Under the pieces are notes generated by a model. It worked only from the letters and a program-made list of their open reading frames with translations, was not told where the DNA came from and did not search any database. A stretch of DNA of 63,948 nucleotides, the filler included, from Cercozoa sp. M6MM (taxonomy: Eukaryota; Protista; Endomyxa: Ascetosporea): NCBI GenBank assembly GCA_040357565.1. It is 16 parts of 16 records of this genome, joined end to end, with 100 filler letters (N's around TTAATTAATTAA, not from the genome) between each part and the next. Parts side by side here need not be neighbours in the genome. Positions count along the whole stretch, not along the records: positions 35,731 to 41,321 come from JBDODJ010000880.1; positions 41,422 to 47,277 come from JBDODJ010000834.1; positions 47,378 to 49,152 come from JBDODJ010001923.1; positions 49,253 to 58,942 come from JBDODJ010000468.1; 12 more parts are not named here. One strand, written 5' to 3'. Positions 36,914-49,539 of this stretch are shown here, piece after piece. Within the stretch, counting starts at the first letter, position 1. Every line of letters begins with the position of its first letter. A program made the position numbers and the translations under genes.

Positions 36914-38177
36914 ATGATGGAACTTTTACAATCACTCAAAATGCCAAATCGCCTGCAGAACTCACCTTTGCGAATGGTTTATGCTTCGGCGCTGGCATTC
37001 GCTCACCGCCGACAATACGGGCAGGTGACAACTTCTCTCCAACACCACCGGACATGCTTTCGTTTTTCACGATTGGCAGGCAAAACTTGCAAAGGGATGC
37101 ACGATTCTAGGCACCAAACGCTTGTTTAGCTCGATGTTGAGTCAGAGACACTGTGTTTGAGCTCTAAGCTGAAAACGTGAAAAGACCGAATTCGACCGTG
37201 GGTTGACGCCAGGACTGACGTGCTTGTTCACTAAACAGTTTTTCCAATCGCGATCGATCGACAGCAGGGACAGTTTCTCGTCGACATCAGTCTGCTGACC
37301 ACTTAGCCGATAATACAGACTAGTGGTAAATTGATAGTACTAGTCTGTAGTATGGCCAGTGCAACAAAGTGTTTCGGGACTCCGCAAAGAACTGAGAGTT
37401 GAGTGGCGAGCAGCTCGAAAGTGCGCTTCAAGAAAACAGCCCTCTTATAAGATATCAGTACTTCAACACAGAGACCGAGCTTAAATTTATTGACAGGCAA
37501 GAGGGTTTTTTGTCTATCGTCGAATTATTTGTAACGATAGCTTTATCTTGGGGTAACACTCTCAACTCTACGTCGTACAATACGAAATAGCTTAAACGAA
37601 ACGACCTTACATTCTTGCTTTTCCTTATTCCGTCGTTGTCTTCACTGAGATTAGGGTTGGCCACTTCGCAACATTGTATGGCATACGTGCGCGGTGGCAT
37701 GTGTATCACCACACTCGTGCACGGCTACGAGACGCCACCGCACTGGGACAGGTATCTCAGACTGCGGCATGCACTGCCCGTGGCTCGCGGGCAGCGCACC
37801 GGCGTCAAAAAACATCGAATGGAACGATAAAAACGCAACCGGCGGGCGCGACTTTGGTTGTGACTTGTCTTGCGCTTTATTTATTACTGTTACTGTGCGG
37901 CGCTGTTTAAATATCTTCAAGTGTCAATGGACCCTCCCGCTGTCATTAAATACTATTCGCGTCGCTGGGGAAATGATGCATCGATTCGACGTGAAACTGT
38001 GGTCGATATTCACGACCATTGTCATTGTCATTAATTAAGTGCGCTTTGCCTTGGGGAGGGCGAGTATGGTACTGGGCTGTGCTGTTGTTATGTGCCACTG
38101 TAAATGTTGTCATTTCCTGTGATTGTTCATTGTTTCTGTCATTAAGGTGCACTTCTATGTTTCAATTTGATGTTTCG

Positions 38178-38228
<51 letters not shown>

Positions 38229-38344
38229 GCACAAACGAAACGGATTCGAAGGCACCAATGTCGTTTTGTACCAAGATGCGACTATGTTTCCGTTCAGCTC
38301 GTACAAGTACGTACGGCTACGCACCTATTCTGCTTGGGTGCAGC

Positions 38345-39826
38345 TCAAAAGAAACGTCCTCCGCTCTCAGGAGAGAGCGCTCGCGGTGAAATGAGTGGCT
38401 GCTTGGATACACATGGTGTGAGAAGACATACAAGGCAGGCCAAAACAACCGATACATGCCACGGATCGTCAAACGTAAGCGTGTCGACACCGGCATCGAA
38501 AGGAAACGCATCACACACACCGGGTAACGGAGAAAGTGACTCGAGCGCAAGCGGCGGGTGCGCACGCGCAGTGTCGGCACCAGCAGCTCCTGAGGAGGAG
38601 TCCGAGGAGGAAGAGGGTCGGAGGCCACGCGAATGCGACTGGCCCCGCCGCAGCGAGAGGTCACCCCCAAGGCTTGCTCGGTTGGACTCGACAGACGTTC
38701 CCTCCAGCGGTTCCACAGGGCACAACAAAGCCGCCAGGGGATCGTCATGCTGCGACTTGCCCAACAGACCCGCGAACGCATCGAATGGTTTGCGAGCGCG
38801 ACCGGGACGCTCGTCGGTCGGAGGCGCACTACGTGGGCCCGGCACGGTCGTCGGCATCGCCAGCGACGCTGTCATCGGTCTCACTGCACACGCGCGCGCA
38901 TCCACCCACACGTACCTGTCATGGGTGGGACAAAAGGGTCGGCACCTGTGTGAATGGACGGTGCTGCAGGTGAGACGACCCGAATATCGGAAACGCGGTG
39001 CTGCGCAAGTAAGAAATGATACAGACACGCCACACACGAGAAGCAGCAGACATACGGCCAATGTATCCAGTGTGCGCAGCGACAGCGACGGCGATGACGA
39101 CGGCTGCTCGCACAGTCAATCAAATCGCGGTACAGAAGGGTGGGAGGGGGGGGGGGTACCGTGACATTAGCCGACTTGACGTGCGCCATGGACAAAGGCG
39201 AGACTTCACGAATCACAGAGCGCCGCCGCTCGCACAGACGACTCGAAACTGATGGTGCGTTCTGCGGGAGGGCTCGAGCGACTGTCGACACGAGAGGCGA
39301 ACTCTGAACAACATGTGCAGGTGTGGCTGTCTGCTCGAGACTGCACAGGCGCACTGTGCTGGCTGCCGCTGTTGCACATGGCGATAAAACCACACCCAAC
39401 ACCCAAATTCACAGACACGTAAACACTGAATTACGTACAGTGATCACTGGCGCCGTCGACACTTAGAGGGGACGCAGGCGCCGATTGATACGCCGGCGGA
39501 GCCACCACGGTCGCGCGTGTGGGCTGTACGGTACCAGCGGCCATGCGACGCCGCATCTCGGCGCGTCGCTTGCGTTGGAAAAGCTCCTTGTCCGGCACGG
39601 CCTCAGCGATCGAAACTACGCGAATGGGGATATGCGCACAGACATATAACACACTGACACAGACAAAGTAGCTCGAACTCGACGCACTGGAAACAGAGCG
39701 GCGCTTGCGTTGGATAAGGTGCGCCGATGCAGAGCTGACCGACATTGATGAGGCACATCGCACGTGCCGACGACGTGCAGCAGGAGCAACAGGACGCGCC
39801 TTCGCAGCGCCGTCCTCACGGATCAC
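38345..39826 (-). CDS. Hypothetical Ser/Arg/Pro-rich protein
   Basis: GC-rich open segments separated by GT-AG introns (SIAEAVPDKELFQRKRRAEMRRRM...). No domain recognised; start uncertain. Confidence 0.45.
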
Positions 39827-40922
39827 ACCCAGATCTGACGGCGTCGGAGCTGCTCAGTATGTGCACATATGCCGAGTTGCAGAACAATGCAGAACGCAGA
39901 GAGAGTGGCACATGGCCGGGGAAAGCGAAACTCCAGCACTGATGAGGCCGAAGCAACGCGACGATGGCGTTTTTGCGCCAATCGCGCATGACCAAAGTCG
40001 GGCGATAGCGTTATCGGCTTCAGCAAGGCCTCAATGTCCGTCTCCGCCTGAAGTCAATCAGCATTTCAACATATGCCACAGCCCAGATCGCAAAAGGCGA
40101 AGTTCGAAGTTATACGTGTGAGGCAGGTGGCAAAAGGTTACGCGAAGGTGGGCCTGTTCAAACCCCATGAATTTATGATGTTCAACAATGCCAGCCGTAC
40201 CAATCAGCGAATCAACATCGATACGCAGGCCGGTCATGGGAGGCTCCTTTGATCGCCACACAAGCCAAGAAACGGCCTCACAGAGTTGATTCGTCTGTTG
40301 TGCAAAACTAAAACAGACAAGTTCTTGCACAGGCGATACAGCAAGCAACAAGCGCGTGCTCTGTGCCTTGCAGTTTGGAGTGCTCTACACACAGCACACT
40401 GGCGCCAGCGGTCCCAAGGTCTGTGCTTTCGAGTCTGACACTTTCCAAAAGTAGCCTCCCCTGCGCCTGTGCTAGCACTTTTAGACACGACGCGGTAGCA
40501 CCGGCTTAGGACAAGCAAACTTCAGCCATATTCGTTTTGCCAGACCAGATTTTTAAGGGTGTTGGCTTGATACGCAGAACATTGCTTTTGCTGCCTTTAG
40601 CTTGCACAGCCCACGTGTGCTGTGCTAGTAGGATACTTCTAGGTCGCAATATTCGCACCAAGAAGGAGTGATCGACACCACAAGAATCAGGAATGATCAT
40701 CTTCTGAGATCAATCAGTGATCTCGCTCAACGACTCTGTCTCTTTCTTTTTTCTGCACAGTCGCACGTGCAACAAACGCTCTTGTTAGGAGAGTTTTAGT
40801 CTGTTGGTGCCTCCGCGCGCTGCCGAGTGGTACTCAGAGCGTGCACACCAACGGGCACAGGCAGAAACGTGCCTGGTTTTGGAAACCAGCAATCCGGACC
40901 AGCTGTTTTCTCGCATCTCAGC

Positions 40923-41225
40923 ATGAACGCTTGTGGCGGGCTTCTTTGCCTGTTTGTGGTGCTGTTGGCATCAGTGCATGCCGCCGTGCAAACGCGAACG
41001 AAGCAGTCAACTGCGCATCCGATTCGTGACCCTGCTTCAGTTTACCACCTCTCGTATCAGTTTGCTACTCTCGATGGTACCTAGTTGTTAACAAGTTGCC
41101 GCGGTTTCACTTGTTTTTCCAACGCTGCTGTTGCTGTTTCAGAAAGCAAGAAGCTCGCTTATGATCCCGAACTGTCGATGCTGACACTGGTGGACGCTGC
41201 GTTGGCGTCTCCGTGTCTTTCTTCG
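40923..41225 (+). CDS. Secreted hypothetical protein, 5' part
   Basis: Signal-peptide-like MNACGGLLCLFVVLLASVHA; two exons before the contig end. Confidence 0.45.
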
Positions 41226-41421
41226 GTAGTTTGTTGGCATGTTATATCTGTGGTGTGTGTGTGTGTGTGTGTGCGTGTGTGTGCGTGTGTGTGCGAGTGT
41301 GTGTGCGTGTGTGTGTGCGTGNNNNNNNNNNNNNNNNNNNNNNNNNNNNNNNNNNNNNNNNNNNNTTAATTAATTAANNNNNNNNNNNNNNNNNNNNNNN
41401 NNNNNNNNNNNNNNNNNNNNN

Positions 41422-41464
<43 letters not shown>

Positions 41465-42067
41465 TCCAGAAGTACGGTACAGAGAACCAATTGTATCCCT
41501 GTTTTGTACATGATCCCAGAGCGGACTGGAGCCGCAGCTAACTGGCATGGAGGAGCGCGTGATCGCCTTCGCCAAGACGTTGCAGGCCGAGCAGGCAGCC
41601 TCGCCGTAGTGTTGTACTAGCCTCTGTGTACATGTGCTGGCTGAGGCCTCGCATTGACTCATCTCAAAAATCATTGCCCAGCCTCCACGTCGGAACTGTA
41701 AATAGCTCAATACCACTTTCCACAGGATCGTTTCGGCGCCATACTGTTGCGCTTTGACGACAGTTGGGTCTTCTTCTCGTTCAGATCGCTATCATTCACA
41801 CCAGTAAACCAACACAAACCAACACTCAACGAACCCAGATAAAATACGTCAGCTCCTGTCGGCTTGAAAGTTTCCGGCTCAAGTAGTAAAAGTACAAGCA
41901 GTAACAGGCACATCACCAGCATACGACGTGTGCATCCATGGCTAAGTTTTGCGACACCTTGCGTGGCGTCAAGCTTGCGGTGTGTGCACTGATTGCTTGA
42001 CACCAGATTAAAAATGCAACAGAAAATACGAAAAAATACTGAGTAGCTCAAGGCCAAGCCGCCGCGG

Positions 42068-43689
42068 ATGACGCTGCAGCGCTTCTTGACAGCGAAGGGC
42101 GCAACACCTACGCTTCCTCGTGTCACAGTGTGTCGAACTTTCAATCTAAAATAGCCAGAGTGTGAAAAGTTCCACGGTTTGTGCTTGTGTGCTGCAACCA
42201 GCAGGGTTTCGCAGCGCCAGGCTTCTACCAGGTGGAACAGCTCTTCTGCGAGAACTGGCTGGCCGGCGAAGAGGAAAACGCGGCGTTTTGCGCCTTTGTG
42301 GACGGCGAGTTGCGCGTCAATTTGCGTGGCACGGTCGATGACGACGCCAGGGAGGGTACTGCCTGTCGGTATATGCCTAGAAAGGGAAGAGGGTATGTAT
42401 TCGGGTTACAGACGAGTTGCAAGTGGTCTACTCGTGCACCAAGAATGCAGAGGCACTTGTGATTGGTACCGCACGTTGCTTATGTGTAGATGTGTATCTT
42501 CCGACTATGTGTGTACAGGCATGCTGGTGGACCGCGGTCTGCTGGATTACAGCACCAAGATAGCCGCCGTGTGGCCTGAATTCGCCCAGAATGGTATGCA
42601 CTGTTTACCTGTTATGATTGTCTATATGTCTATGTCTATTGTATTGGCAGGCAAAGGCGACATCACTGTTGGCGATGTCATGCGGCACCAGGCAGGTCTT
42701 TACTGCTTTACCCCACCCCCCACCCGTCCTGTACCGTCTGCGTGTGCTCCATAGGTCTGCCGTACTTTGAGTCACCGCTCAGCGCTCGCGATCTCATTTA
42801 CCATGAGTATACTCTATCATGTGTATATCTAGGGGATAGAGGTAAGGCTGTGTCTTATACTTATAGTTGGGAGGCCATCGGACAGCACATTGCACGACAG
42901 CGACCGGTGCTGTCGCCAGTCAAGGACGGTCAGGCCTACCATGCCATCACACGCGGCCTCATCCTGCAGCAACTGCTACTGCGACTCACAGGCAGCGGCA
43001 TCAACGACTTCTTGCAGCGCGAGGTGTGCTCCAGACTCGGCATCGACTTCTCCATCGGTCTGGGCAGACGCGACGGCCACTCGGTACCCATATCCTTCCC
43101 CTACTTTTCCCTTTATCCCCTACCCCTCCCCTCCCCGCAGATGGTGCTGGACGAGTCTCTGCGGAAACGCGTGCGAATGCTCAAATCGCCTTCGCCCGGC
43201 GCTGTGGCGGCTGCTACGTGTATGCCTCTTCTTACCTCACCCCCCTCCCCCTCCTCTTACTTAGGTGACTCCTGTGTAGTGGAAGGAGAGGGCCGACAGG
43301 CATTCGAAGCATGTACTCAGGTAGTATAGGACCGTGTTTCTTCGATAGAGGTATCTGAGAGTTCATGTGTATGAACAGGGCCGTGCAGTCTATGACCACA
43401 CCAAGGACGGCATCCCACAACAGTGGATCGAGGCACTCACTTCAACGGGCACGCACACTGCCAAGGCCATGGCCTTCCGTGGCAACAATGTCGTTCCGGT
43501 ACGGTGTTAACAGGGGGTTATGCAGAGTTAATACAGTGAGTCAAAAGAGGGGGGGAGTAAAAAAACCGGGAGGTAAAAGAGAAGTGAAACACGGTCTGTG
43601 CAGTTTGCAATTGTGCCCGAGAACGAGCAGGAGCAGGAACAGTTCCTGTGCATGGAACTCAGCTCGTCCAATGGCGTGTACTCTTCCTC

Positions 43690-43737
<48 letters not shown>

Positions 43738-43747
43738 NNNNNNNNNN

Positions 43748-43796
<49 letters not shown>

Positions 43797-44551
43797 ATAT
43801 ATGTGTATATGCCCTATGTGATACAGCACGAATGCTCCCTCGATGGCAGTGATGGCACACATCCTGTCGACGGGCAAGGCGCCGATCGATCTGCCTAAGG
43901 GTATCCCTGTCACTCCTGTACCCGTGCCTTTCCCTAACCTTACCCTCCCTCCTCAGTATCCAAACTGCTGTCGCAAGAGGCACTGACTGAGGCTCTCAAC
44001 ACGACCTTCCTGTCCGAGACAACGCTGGCCAAGATGCGCGCCAACTCGCGTCCGGTCGACAGTCCCTATGATCAGGTACACTCTGCCATACCTACCTACC
44101 TTTCTCTCTATCTATCTACCTATCCCTCTGCCCACCTACCTACCTACCTCCTGTACACGCAGGTGCTCTGCGTGGACTCACCGCCTCTATGTGACGGCGG
44201 TGTGGCTCGCTTCCAAGCGCCGGCCGCCATGTCGCCGTACGGCGAGACCCGTGCCGGCTGGGGTGGTCTTGGCGGTCAGAGGTACCCTTACCCTCACCTT
44301 GTCCAAGCCTACCTATTTGATACCGAGTCCCACGAACGATACCGAATCCCCACACGCGCAGTTTGACCTGGACCGAGGCCTCAGAGAAAGCGCCCGTGGT
44401 GGCCGCCGCCTTCTGCACCACGCAGATGGGCGTCGCTCCCGGCAGCAGCGGTCCGCGCGCCGCGCGTCTCGTCAACGCCGCCATCACACTGGCTTGCGAG
44501 CGCAAGGCGGTCAACGACGCTGCCGCCGCTGTCCGGGCCCCTAGTAACTAG
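42068..44551 (+). CDS. Beta-lactamase-family serine hydrolase (class C/EstA-like)
   Basis: SxxK motif VYSCTK; LVDRGLLDYSTKIAAVWPEFAQNGKGDITVGDVMRHQAGL; motif II AYHAITRG; motif III GWGGLGG; about 14 introns. Confidence 0.9.
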
Positions 44552-44984
44552 AACTAGCGTAGCTTGGAGTATGGCGGGGTTTTTCAAGGCAAAATTAGAA
44601 TCAAATCGGGGGGGGGGTAAAGCGAGAGGGGGTAAGGGGTAAAGAGGTTGCGGCTTTGCCTCGAAACACCCCCATACCCTTGTCGAGTAGTTTGTGTCTA
44701 TACGATAAGTTAGTTGAGTCTTCTCGTCTGTACCAGCCCGGGGTGAGTCACATGAGCACGGTCGTGTCTCAAGGTCTCCCTTTCCTGTCGACTTCGGGGT
44801 TGGTGAGGTAGCGGGCTACAAGTAGAGAGGCGTCGCAGGGCGACAAACCCAACCAGACAGACAAACTGAACTCAACTAAAACTAACACGTCCGACCGTAG
44901 CCCTACGTCGTGCGCCAATGCTGATAGGGGTACTACATAGTCGGTTTCTTAGTAGACTGAGCTAACTAAATGACCTGACCGTGA

Positions 44985-47221
44985 CTATGGACCTTGTGGC
45001 GGTGCTTGTTGCTGCTGTGGTTGGCGTTGTTGCTGTGGTTGTCGTTGTTGTTGTGGCTGTTGTTGTTGTTGGAGTGGTGGTTGCTGTTGTTGCTGTTGTT
45101 GTGGTCTAAGTTCGTGCTGCGGCTGCTGCTGTTGTGCACTCTCATGCGCTCTGTTGTCGCTGCTGTTGTCGTTGTCGCTGTTGTGTGACCGGAACCCGCC
45201 TGCGCTCTTGCCTTCGGCATCGTCGGTGGCGACGGGACTGGCCGCGACGATTGACTGTGCGGGCGGGTGGTGTTGTCTGCACACACACACCACCATTATG
45301 TGTATATAGACATAGCTATGCCTATATACGACACAACAAGAAGAGCAAGCGTACGGCGAGACCGACGAGGACGGCGGCGTCGACACAGTGACACGTGCCG
45401 GCGACGATACGAACTGCGGCATCATTGGTTGCTACTGGGTGTAAGGGTAGAGGGTAGGTGTAAGGGTAGGGGTAGGGTGTAGGGTAGGGGTAGGGGGTAG
45501 GGGTAGGGTAGTATGTGACGGGTAGGGTGTAAGGGTAGGGGGTAGGGTAGTATGTGAAGGGTAGAGTGCAAGGGCAGGGCTAGGCTCTACCATGGACTGT
45601 GCGTGCATCATGGGCGGCAGCTGCATCGAGCCCGACGGCGGCATTAGGTTGTGCATCATCATGCTGGGCGGCACCATGCCCTGCGGCATCGGCATGTTGC
45701 CTGCCTGTAGGTTGCCTGCCTGTGGGTTGGGTGCCTGTAGGTTGCCTGCCTGTAGGTTGCCTGCCTGTAGGTTGACAGGCATGCCGGGCATCCCGGCGGA
45801 TGGTGGCCGACCGGGAGCGCCCGAGGTAGGCGGCATATGCTGCAGAGGCATGCCAGGAGCGAGACCCATTGCAGGTGGCGGCGGACCTGCCATATGGCCG
45901 GGTACTGCGGCGGCCATGTGCGGCGGTATCATGCTCATCGGTGGCAGCGGCATCATCATCGGCATGCCCATCTGCAGTGTCATGGCCGCTGTCTCCTGCC
46001 ATGGGCGAGGGGGTGTAAATGGCCAGGCAGAATAGCATACACACTGAGGCGTACCTCCATACTACTCATCGGTATCGTTACTGGCGGGCCTGCAGGACAA
46101 GGCAGGTTAAGTAGGTATGGGGGGGGGGGGTAAAGTGTAGCTGCACCAGTGCTCTGCCGCTGCATCTCGACCATGGAGAGCGAGTCCACCGAGGCTGTCT
46201 GACGCGGCTTGCCCTTGCGGTGTGCCTGCGGCACGCGAATCGGCACCTGGAGAGGGGGGTAGGGGTAAAGGGGGGGGGGTAAAGGTCTGGAAGGTAAAGG
46301 GCACCTTCTTGGACTCGGCCAGCGAGTTCATGAATTCGACGGCCTGTGTCATATCGTTCTCCCAGATGAGATTGTTGAGTCGCGCCTTCTCCTCGTTGGT
46401 CAGCAGGTTGAGCACCTTGCCATTGCAGTGCGACTTGCCCGCATGGTCGTACACCTAATTGGGGTGGGAACCAATTAAATCGCAGAGCTGGGGGAAGGGG
46501 TAATGGCAAGCAACCTTGCAGGTCCATGACGAGAAGACCTCGGGACACGAGGAGCAGCGGAAGGGCTGGAAGTTGTAATGCGCGTACACGTGCTCGCAGA
46601 AACGCGTCTTTCGCACCGACGTCAGTGCCTACCCACCGGAGGGTAAGGGAGGCAAGGTGGGGGGGGGCAAGACTACCTTGTTGCACACAGGACACGGTTT
46701 CTGTGACGGTTTCTCTGCCCTAAAATCAAACATAGTTAAAGGGGGTCATACAGTGCGAGGGGGTGTAAGAATGACTACTTTTTCTTCCTTCGCCGTTTGC
46801 GTGCCTTGCCGGGAACAACGGTCCCACTGTCGAACTGCTGCTGCTATCGGGGGGGGGGGGGTAAGAGAGGGTAGGAGAAGTAATAAACATAAGGTAGTAT
46901 AAGCGGAAGTAATAGGGTAGGATGGGGAGTAAGAGGGACGTAAACTACCGCAGGAAAGACCGGCATAGGCGGCATGACGGACAGAGGCAGCGTGGTGCCA
47001 GGCACGGCGATACCGGCCGGCAGGGAGGCAGGAGGCGGCATGCCTCCAGTCGAGACCACCTGACCGCCGGCCACACTGCCGTCCTTGTCGCCTTCGTTGT
47101 CGTCGTTGTTGTTGTCGTTGTTGTTTTCGTTGCTGTTTTCGTTGTTGTTGTTGTCGCCATCCTTGTCCTTGTTGTTGCTGCTCTTGCTGTCAGAGGTACC
47201 CGACAGCGAAAGTCCTTCAGT
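44985..47221 (-). CDS. C2H2 zinc-finger transcription factor with Pro/Met/Gln-rich regions, 5' partial
   Basis: Basic KARKRRRK, then two fingers CPVCNK|ALTSVRKTRFCEHVYAH and FRCSSCPEVFSSWTCK|VYDHAGKSH, then a low-complexity P/M/Q tail. Confidence 0.75.
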
Positions 47222-47422
47222 CTGCACAAACACACACACACACATGCATACACACACACACATATATATATATATATNNNNNNNNNNNNNNNNNNNNNNN
47301 NNNNNNNNNNNNNNNNNNNNNTTAATTAATTAANNNNNNNNNNNNNNNNNNNNNNNNNNNNNNNNNNNNNNNNNNNNCCCCCCCCCCCCCCCCCCCCCCG
47401 AAACCTCCGCCTTGCCTGACCG

Positions 47423-47457
<35 letters not shown>

Positions 47458-47522
47458 GGGGGGGGTAAGGTAGTCAAGGTAAAGGGAGAAGGTAAGGGTA
47501 GTAAAGGTGGAAGGAGACTTAC

Positions 47523-48581
47523 TCAGTCGGTTCGAATTGCGTACACGCAAAATATTCGGTTTTGCTTTCTGTTAAAAAACACTCTCTTGGAGAAACGCTC
47601 ACTTCAATCACGATCAAGACCAAAGAATTAAAATGAAACGTACCATCGCCACCTGGCACATGTTTCGTGCGGTAGAAACCCTTCATCAAATCGTTGTGTT
47701 TGCCGACGAATTCGAGCTTGAGCCACAGCTTGCCTTCTGTTTTGTTGTTTCGTTTTGTTGTTTCGTTTTGTTGTTTTTGGCACCACAAACATACGAAAAC
47801 CAAAATACCAGACACAGTGCGACCCAGCGGCATCGAGAACTCCTCATTCTTCTGCTCAGAAACCACAGAGATTTCGCTTTTGAAAAAATCAAGCTTGAGA
47901 AGCGAGAGCTGTAAAAATGGCAGTTCTTTCGAAAGCGAAACTTTCAACTGCAAAACTGATCAAGTGAAATTCTCAGATACAGGTTGATAAAAAAGCCTCA
48001 AAAAGCAAAAGCTATAAAGCAAGCTTTCAAAGCAGAAGCTTTCAAAGCAAAAGCTTTAAAGGCAAAAGCTGTGAAAAAGTAAACGCTTTGAAGCAAAGCT
48101 TGAAAGCAAAAGAAAGGTTCCGAAGTAAAGCTTTGAAAAAGCAAAGGCTCCAAAGTGAAAGCTTTGATAAAGGAAAGGCGTGCTACCTCGTGGTACGAGC
48201 ACGAGTCGAGCGCGATGTCGCTCCAGTCGCTCTTGTCGACGCTGAAGCTCGCGCTGCTGACCTCGATATCGAGCGTGTTCAGCACGGCCTTCTCCGTCGC
48301 TTCCACCACGTCCATCCTACAAAGATGGTGGGATGGAGGGGGACAGATGGACGTGATTGTACTCGATCACGGCTTTGCCAGCGAAAGTGAATGTATCAAG
48401 AAGATCCGGCGTGAATTCCAGCTCATAGTGCACCGGACGCAGTGCAGTTGGCAGCACAACTCTCTGAACAAAGCACTCGTGATGGCAACACCTCTAAGTG
48501 ACAAAGTCTGGCCAGAGTTTTGCAAAAAGAGACATTCGTCTGGTTCTTTTCCTTCAGATCGAATACCTCGTTGTTGCTCAT
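47523..48581 (-). CDS. M1-family (puromycin-sensitive type) aminopeptidase, N-terminal part
   Basis: RVVLPTALRPVHYELEFTPDL..FTFAG, LEFVGKHNDLMKGFYRTK, YFACTQFEPT. Confidence 0.9.
47995..48172. repeat. Intronic degenerate AAAGC/AAGCTTT array
   Basis: Seen directly; similar units occur at 21995-22265 and 24035-24153. Confidence 0.85.
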
Positions 48582-48802
48582 GTCTATTTCGTGTGTGGAT
48601 ACGCAATGTTCACCAAACACAAAAGCTGTGCGGTTCAACAGTTTTTAATAAATGCTTCGTCCGAACGTACCCAGTATTTCAGAGAAATTTCCGCTTTGGT
48701 CGGGTCTGCAACATCACTATGAAGTCGTGTAAGCATCTGCCCAGTATCTAAGCATTTGTAAGCAATTGTGTGCACACAGATAGGGAGGAATAATCGGCGC
48801 AG

Positions 48803-49098
48803 ATGTCAGAGCAAGAGGGTGTCTGTGAGGCCGAGCTGGTGGCTGCCGCGCAGAAGGGTGACACGTGCTCTGTTGTTGTTTTATTTTTGTATTTGTTGTT
48901 TTTGGAGACAGGCGAGATCTCACGCGTGCGTGAGTTGCTGGCGTCGGGCGTGCCGGGCCAGGCCGTGGACGATGGCGTCTCGGCGCTGTGTCGGTGTGTT
49001 TGTCCCCCCCCCCGCCCACCCTCATTGTTCCCCCTTGTCCCCTGACAGAGCGGCAGAGAAGGGCTATCTTGACATCTGCACGCTGTTGCTGGATGCTG
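48803..49098 (+). CDS. Ankyrin-repeat protein, 5' part
   Basis: LVAAAQK|GEISRVRELLASG...DGVSALC|RAAEKGYLDICTLLLDAG. Confidence 0.85.
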
Positions 49099-49539
49099 GT
49101 ATTTACCCCCTTACCCCCCCCCCCTTGCCCCTTTTTTACCTTCCTGGTAGGTNNNNNNNNNNNNNNNNNNNNNNNNNNNNNNNNNNNNNNNNNNNNTTAA
49201 TTAATTAANNNNNNNNNNNNNNNNNNNNNNNNNNNNNNNNNNNNNNNNNNNNTCGACTCCATTGGGAGAAACGCACCGAGACCGACAAATGCAACATGCG
49301 ACTTGCAACGCGCCTGCGCCAGCGACACACGAGCACCTAACCGAGCAGCCTGCATGTTTGCTTGTTCTATGTACTGTGCTCACACGTGCACTGCGTTTCA
49401 AGCAAGCTGTTGTAGACCTGCCAAGGAGTCGGTTTGATTTTTTAGGGCGTGGTTTGAACAGTCAAGGAAGCTGTGCAGTCAGGACAGCGCTAGAGAACCA
49501 ACACTCACAGCTTCGATTAGCTTCGCTGCTGCCGCCACC

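Noticed and set aside
37130-38340. Possible genes at 37130-38340 (similarly 40000-40700 and 41476-41970)
   Set aside because: Open segments and splice-like sites exist, but I could not build a consistent model or recognise a domain, so they are left unannotated.
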